The translations under genes were made by a program, and so were the position numbers. A DNA stretch of 64,000 nt from Macrostomum hystrix (taxonomy: Eukaryota; Animalia; Platyhelminthes). Shown here piece after piece: positions 59,327-64,000 of the stretch (position 1 is the first letter of the stretch; each line of letters starts with the position of its first letter). The DNA lies in contig CATNEN010000002.1 of the NCBI GenBank assembly GCA_950097015.1, forward strand, positions 2,108,001-2,172,000. The letters run 5' to 3'. The notes below the pieces were generated by a model, which worked only from the letters and a program-made list of their open reading frames with translations, had not been told where the DNA came from and ran no database searches.

Positions 59327-60517
59327 TCAGAGCCGAGCTTGAAAGTCGACAAGCTCAGCGGACTGGTTCGGCTGCGCTTCATCGCGGCACGGATTGCCTC
59401 GGCATCGTCGAAACAGCGAAAGAAACCTCTTTCTATAGACCGGGTTCTTCCACAGCAGAAGCAGCCAGTTGCCGCTTTGGTTGAACAGGATCAGAACGTG
59501 ACTGAGCTGCGTGATGTTCAGCAGAGCGCGCAGCAGCTGCGGATTAACCTCAGGACTGTACTCGCTGATGATCTGCAGGGAAATGATGCTCAACGCGGCG
59601 GGCAGTGAGCACACAGTGAGCAGGACGGACAAGCTGATGCACAATATCGTGTTGGTCATCTTATCTCTATCGTCAGTTGGAGCAGTCGATGGGTGCGGGG
59701 AAGTTAGCTCTCGATGACGTCGCAGGATGCCAACGGTGTTGTAGGCCAGGTAGCAGTTAGTGAATAGAACGCAGAAAATCGGCAAACTGGGCGGATACAG
59801 AAAGAGAATAATGTGTGTCACCGCCAGATTCCTGAGCACGACCTCGATGCTGGAGAGGATCGTACAGCCAATCACAGTGGGACCGGTTGGCGAGAATTTG
59901 AATTCCTCCCAGCCGTATACAACGAAACACGGGCAGCTCAGGAGCAGCGAGACGACGACAACAGCTCCGCAGACTCGCCAGGCTGTGCGCTGAGTGAGCG
60001 ACTGGAACCGGAATGGCATGGCCAGACAGAGAGCTCGGTCTAGGACCATCGCCAGGAAGATTCCCATAGACTGCAGGCCCAGCCAGTGCTGCAGAAATCT
60101 GTAGGTAGTGCACACAGCTGCCGAGACATTGTCCACTATGAAACCCAGGCGACCCGAGCTGAGCCACGGCAGGCCGCGAACCAGGAAGACTCCAACGACA
60201 CCTTGAACCAGCATGTAGGCACTGTCGGCGATGGCCATCGCGCCCAGGTAGGCGTTGAGCCGTGAACGTTCGGCACCGCGACCCAGCGTGATCCAGGCGG
60301 TGACGCAGTTGCCAAACAGACCCGATGCCATCACCAGCGGCAGCAGAAGGCCCGTCAGCACACCGTAGGCAGTGCTGATTGGGCAGAAGATGCTGCGATT
60401 CGGAGCATCCGGCAGGCAGTCAACGATGGCGCTTTCAAAGCTGATGTAGAAAATGAAATTATCTGCCGATTGTGAGCTATTCATTTTCGAGATACCACTA
60501 TATTGACTGGCTGCCAT
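59327..60517 (-). CDS. Intronless rhodopsin-class (class A) orphan GPCR, 396 aa, peptide-receptor-like
   Basis: Seven hydrophobic segments: TM1 GLFGNCV, TM2 LGAMAIADSAYML, Cys at the top of TM3 and in ECL2, DRA (DRY variant), TM4 LLSCP, TM5 PPSLP, TM6 VCSLP, TM7 NQSGNWLL. Confidence 0.92.
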   Translation of the reverse strand: MAASQYSGISKMNSSQSADNFIFYISFESAIVDCLPDAPNRSIFCPISTAYGVLTGLLLPLVMASGLFGNCVTAWITLGRGAERSRLNAYLGAMAIADSAYMLVQGVVGVFLVRGLPWLSSGRLGFIVDNVSAAVCTTYRFLQHWLGLQSMGIFLAMVLDRALCLAMPFRFQSLTQRTAWRVCGAVVVVSLLLSCPCFVVYGWEEFKFSPTGPTVIGCTILSSIEVVLRNLAVTHIILFLYPPSLPIFCVLFTNCYLAYNTVGILRRHRELTSPHPSTAPTDDRDKMTNTILCISLSVLLTVCSLPAALSIISLQIISEYSPEVNPQLLRALLNITQLSHVLILFNQSGNWLLLLWKNPVYRKRFLSLFRRCRGNPCRDEAQPNQSAELVDFQARL

Positions 60518-61019
60518 GCAAACTCGACTTCAACTCGCGCTGCGTTCTGTAAGGCAAGAACTGATTGACGATCAGAAAGATTAAATTTTGGCTTTTTTCC
60601 GTCTGTGACAAGTCTTTATATGTTTGCCCAGAAGCCTTGTCACTCAACTGAATCAAGTTCATTTGTGCCTAACAGGGTTCGCATGAAGTCTGTTTCTGAT
60701 GAAGGAGAAAGGAGTCAGGAGGAAGCCGGTATCCTTCCGATGTTCACTTTAATTTCCCCAAGTCCAGATTAGCGACGGACTCAAATCTACCACAAAGGCG
60801 GGTTCCGGATTATTTGCTTAGAAATTCCAAGCCAAAGAAGATTTTAATTTATTTAATTTGCACCTGCCCGTCTTCGAGCTTGGTCTCACGTTTCCAGTTT
60901 TTATTTCGGCACTACGTGATATCCTGATCACAGCTTTTAATCTCGTCCATTAAAAAATTGAATTTTTGTCGGCTGATGAGCCATGCAGTAGGGCTGCGGG
61001 CAATGGCACATCATTTGGT

Positions 61020-61197
61020 GACACTATACTTGCCTATTTCCCTGACTCCTGAGCACACACCCACACAGATACCGTAACTCGGGCATACGCCTCTAAGCCT
61101 TCTCTCCAGCCTCAATAATTGCATAATTGTGGTCACGCCACGGAATCGAGCTTAGGGACCTTGGACTGTTAAACGCTCTGCCACTCACCGCCTCCAG
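61020..61197 (-). mobile_element. Diverged second tRNA-headed SINE-like element; a related piece lies at ~43480-43670 (+) in DNMT1 intron 7
   Basis: AAGGTCCCTAAGCTCGATTCCGTGGCGTGACCAC versus AAGGTCCGTGAGCTCGATTCCCAGGCGAGGCCAC; both are followed by TTATGCAAT and GTGTGTGCTCA. Confidence 0.4.
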
Positions 61198-61238
61198 GCT
61201 GGAAGGGATTTCAAATTGAGAACGTCAAATATATGTTA

Positions 61239-61460
61239 GGATGTTGTAGCCTAGTGGTCAGAGTGTCGGACTCACGACTGGAAGGTCGGGGGTTCGATTC
61301 CTGACTCCACTAGAACAATTTGTGATCAATTGGAAGGACACTTCACTCTGCCTTGCTTCAGTTCACCCAGTTGTTAAACGGGTACAAGCATTGGCTGGTG
61401 TAATTGAGGGTGGGTGTGGCGTCCCCCCAGTCCATGGACTGAACAGCCGTATGCAGAATT
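61239..61460 (+). mobile_element. tRNA-derived SINE, same family as 55432
   Basis: TAGCCTAGTGGTCAGAG A-box, GGTTCGATTCC B-box, CCCAGTTGTTAAACGGGTAC and CAGTCCATGGACTG. Confidence 0.85.
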
Positions 61461-62733
61461 CTGATTCGCCGTGCAATGGCTTCGGCTAAATTCGGTGAAT
61501 ATTAATTTGAGGTTCACTTATGGCTCGGGAGCATTCGGGGCAATATTAGGGCCAACCCTCAAGGTGCCAGGTGCACACTGGCGGATGATTAGGGAAAGTC
61601 AGGGCAGATGTACAGCTCTGAGTACAAAGGGTGATTTTGAACTCAGGGGTCAGCGGAAATGGCCATGTCAAGTTGTCACTATTGCTAAAACCATACTTCA
61701 GAGCGCACAGCCCTGCACTGCAAATTATTGTCATAATTAAACTTTTCAGCGATAATTTCAATCGTTCGTTTTTGTAAAATTAAAGTAATTTTAATAATTT
61801 TTATTTCGAAATTAATGAACTGATTGGAAGTCAGTGCAAGGTATATTGCTATTAATCGGTCAAGTTGGGCGCTCCTTCAAGCGTAACTGGAAAAGCAATT
61901 AATTCGAGCTACTCATATGAGACAGCGCAGCAAAGCGAATTATAAAACGAGAAATGTTTAATGCTTTTTTCAAAGTAGCTTCCAGTGAAAGTCGGCATTT
62001 TAATTTGCTTTTCTCAAGCGTCTGTTAAATCCGCTCTCTTCCCAGCTACAATGTCCATAACTGCATTCGCAGAGCCAATTCTGTGTGTTTAAAATCCCAG
62101 TTGATCCCCAGTTTCATGGTGGATAAAGCCTTTCTTTGAAGTCGGCAGCGAGACAGCAGCGTTAAAAAATATCAGCGGTCAGAGCAAGGCTACCAAGCAA
62201 CCAAATAGAGGTCGGGTTGGGTTCAAGCAGGTCTATTGTGGGACCAATCCAAGATACGTACAGTTGTTCAGTCCATGGACTGTGGGCCGCCACACAACAC
62301 ACTCAGATTTCTACTCCAGCAGATTTTTAGACATTTTACAGCAGGTCAAAATAAATCTGGATCGGCTATAAACCTCTTGTACCAGATTTCGTTTGAATCG
62401 TTCAGTTCTCGATTCTCATCTTCGTTTTCAGTTGTAAGCAAACAAAACTCAAAGGCCTAAGTCAAATTTCTAACGTCAAAATATAAGATTATACATTTTG
62501 AAGACAAAATCAAAACTGAACTGTATCGTTTTACAGCGCTTTGAATTCTGCGTATGGAATCCATATCTGTTTAGTTGATCAACATTTGTTAAGCATAGAA
62601 TCAGATATCGCCCAGGGCGAGGTAAACAACAGTTTGTCGTGTGGTTTAACTGTTGGATATGATAGTACAGATTCTGGTACTAAAAGGGGCAACTAAATGT
62701 CTTGTCATTCCTGCAGTTGGTGAGCATCTAACA

Positions 62734-63194
62734 CAGGGGTCGGCAAACTCCGGCCCGCGGGCCAGATGCGGCCCTCGAAGCCCCTAAATCTGGCCCGTTG
62801 CCCCTTCCACCACCTATAGTATCCTATCTCATCTCTCCAGTGTCTTATCTGTCCTGTGTCTAATTATCTCTCCCCTGTCTCATCTCTGCCATGTCTCCCG
62901 TCTCTCTCCAGTCTTATCTATTCTCATCTCTGGCTCATCCCTCCCCTGTCTCGTCTATCCGGTGTCTCATCTCTCCCATTTCTCATCTATCCTGTGTCCA
63001 ATCTCTCCCATTTCTCATCTCTCCCATTTCTCATCTCTCCCATTTCTCATCTCTCCCATTTCTCATCTCTCCCATTTCTCATCTATCCTGTGTCTCATCT
63101 CTACCCTTTCTCATATTCCTACAGTTAATACGGCCCGCTGTCGTCCTATAGGTTCTCTCCGTGGCCCGCTCGCTAAAAAGTTTGCCGACCCCTG
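62734..63194. mobile_element. hAT/Charlie-type non-autonomous element (MITE) containing a 16-bp internal minisatellite (62820-63115)
   Basis: TIRs CAGGGGTCGGCAAAC / GTTTGCCGACCCCTG, subterminal GGCCCG motifs, and a flanking direct repeat TCTAACA (7 bp perfect; 8 bp if one terminal base is reassigned). Confidence 0.88.
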
Positions 63195-63320
63195 TCTAAC
63201 ACATCAATAGCGGTGGGCTTTGCTACGCTGCGTCGCTAAAAAATCGTCAAATAAACAGTGTGGGTTGCTACTAAAGCCAAGTGCAGCGTCAGTAAGTTCT
63301 GCAATCATTCCGATTGAATC

Positions 63321-64000
63321 TCAGAGACGATTCTGTGAGCTGGACAGCTCGGCCAAGGGCTGAGAATGCTGGACGCTGGCGGTCATACCGGAGCCCTTGT
63401 GGCCGCTTCGAAACATTGAGACGAACCGCAGGCGGTAGCTTGGACTCTTCCAAAGCAGCAGCAGCCAGTTGCCGCTCTGATTGAAGAGTATCAGGGCCTG
63501 ACTGACTTGCGAGATATTCAGCAGGGCGCGCAGCAGCTGGATTTCGGCCTCGGTCTGGTAGTTGCCGAGGAACTGGGCCGCCAGGATTGTCAGGGCGCTG
63601 GGCAGCGAGCACACAGCCAGCAAGGCAGACATTGCCACGCAGAGGATCGTGTTGGCCATTTTGTCGCGCTCGTCAGCGTTGGAAAATGACGAAGTCAGCT
63701 CGCGCCTACGACGCAGGATGAGAACCAGCTTGTAGACTAGGTAGCAGTTGGAGGCCAGCACACAGAAGATCGGCACGCTGGGCGGGTGCAGGAACAACAG
63801 CATGTACACGCTGAGAAGGGCCTCAGTGGTGCCGCTGAAGCTCGAGTACACCGTGCAGGCGATCATTCGTGGTGAGCGGGGCGAGAACTGTAGCTCCTCC
63901 CAGCCGTAGATAGCCAGGCAGACGGAGCTCATGACCAGCGAGACGACGACAACGGCGCCGCAGACGCGCCAGGCTGTGCGCTGAGTAAGCGACTGGAACC
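63321..64000 (-). CDS. Second orphan class A GPCR, paralogue of 59327-60517; the 5' part lies outside the window
   Basis: The frame is open to the window edge (FQSLTQRTAWRVCGAVVVVSL is identical to the first copy), followed by TM5-TM7 with NQSGNWLLLLWKSP. Confidence 0.92.
   Translation of the reverse strand, partial: FQSLTQRTAWRVCGAVVVVSLVMSSVCLAIYGWEELQFSPRSPRMIACTVYSSFSGTTEALLSVYMLLFLHPPSVPIFCVLASNCYLVYKLVLILRRRRELTSSFSNADERDKMANTILCVAMSALLAVCSLPSALTILAAQFLGNYQTEAEIQLLRALLNISQVSQALILFNQSGNWLLLLWKSPSYRLRFVSMFRSGHKGSGMTASVQHSQPLAELSSSQNRL

Noticed and set aside
40664-60167. Antisense and alternate-frame ORFs over the EFHD2, DNMT1, cGLR and GPCR exons (for example 40664-41143, 42849-43439, 59282-59608)
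   Set aside because: They are shadows of GC-rich coding exons with no independent motifs.

Overview
This is an intron-rich animal genomic window, not prokaryotic. The gene content and the minisatellite-stuffed introns are compatible with a free-living flatworm of the Macrostomum type, but that is inference only. I built gene models by hand from GT-AG sites, phase matching and family motifs recalled from memory; no database search was run. Genes, left to right: (1) an internal exon of a Dbl-homology RhoGEF running off the left edge (-); (2) Rabin8/RAB3IP-family Rab GEF (-, 3 exons); (3) PP2A B56/PPP2R5 regulatory subunit (+, 6 exons); (4) a tentative FAM124-like gene whose small exons are buried between satellite arrays (-); (5) swiprosin-1/EFHD2 (-); (6) an 8-exon DNMT1 with all catalytic motifs intact but no CXXC domain and no (GK)n linker (-); (7) a Mab-21/cGAS-like nucleotidyltransferase (cGLR-type, -); (8) two tandem single-exon orphan rhodopsin-class GPCR paralogues (-), the second truncated by the window edge. 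Roughly a third of the window (about 22 kb by my coordinate sum) is tandem minisatellite with mostly 20-33 bp units, and these arrays explain most long ORFs in the ORF track. There are also three MITE-like elements and several tRNA-derived SINEs. The most interesting observations are: the stripped-down DNMT1 architecture; a five-copy structured hairpin family with H/ACA-like geometry inside DNMT1 intron 6; the cGLR with a C-terminal extension; a possible operon-like DNMT1-EFHD2 junction; and dense TAGGCCTA clusters in 5' regions.
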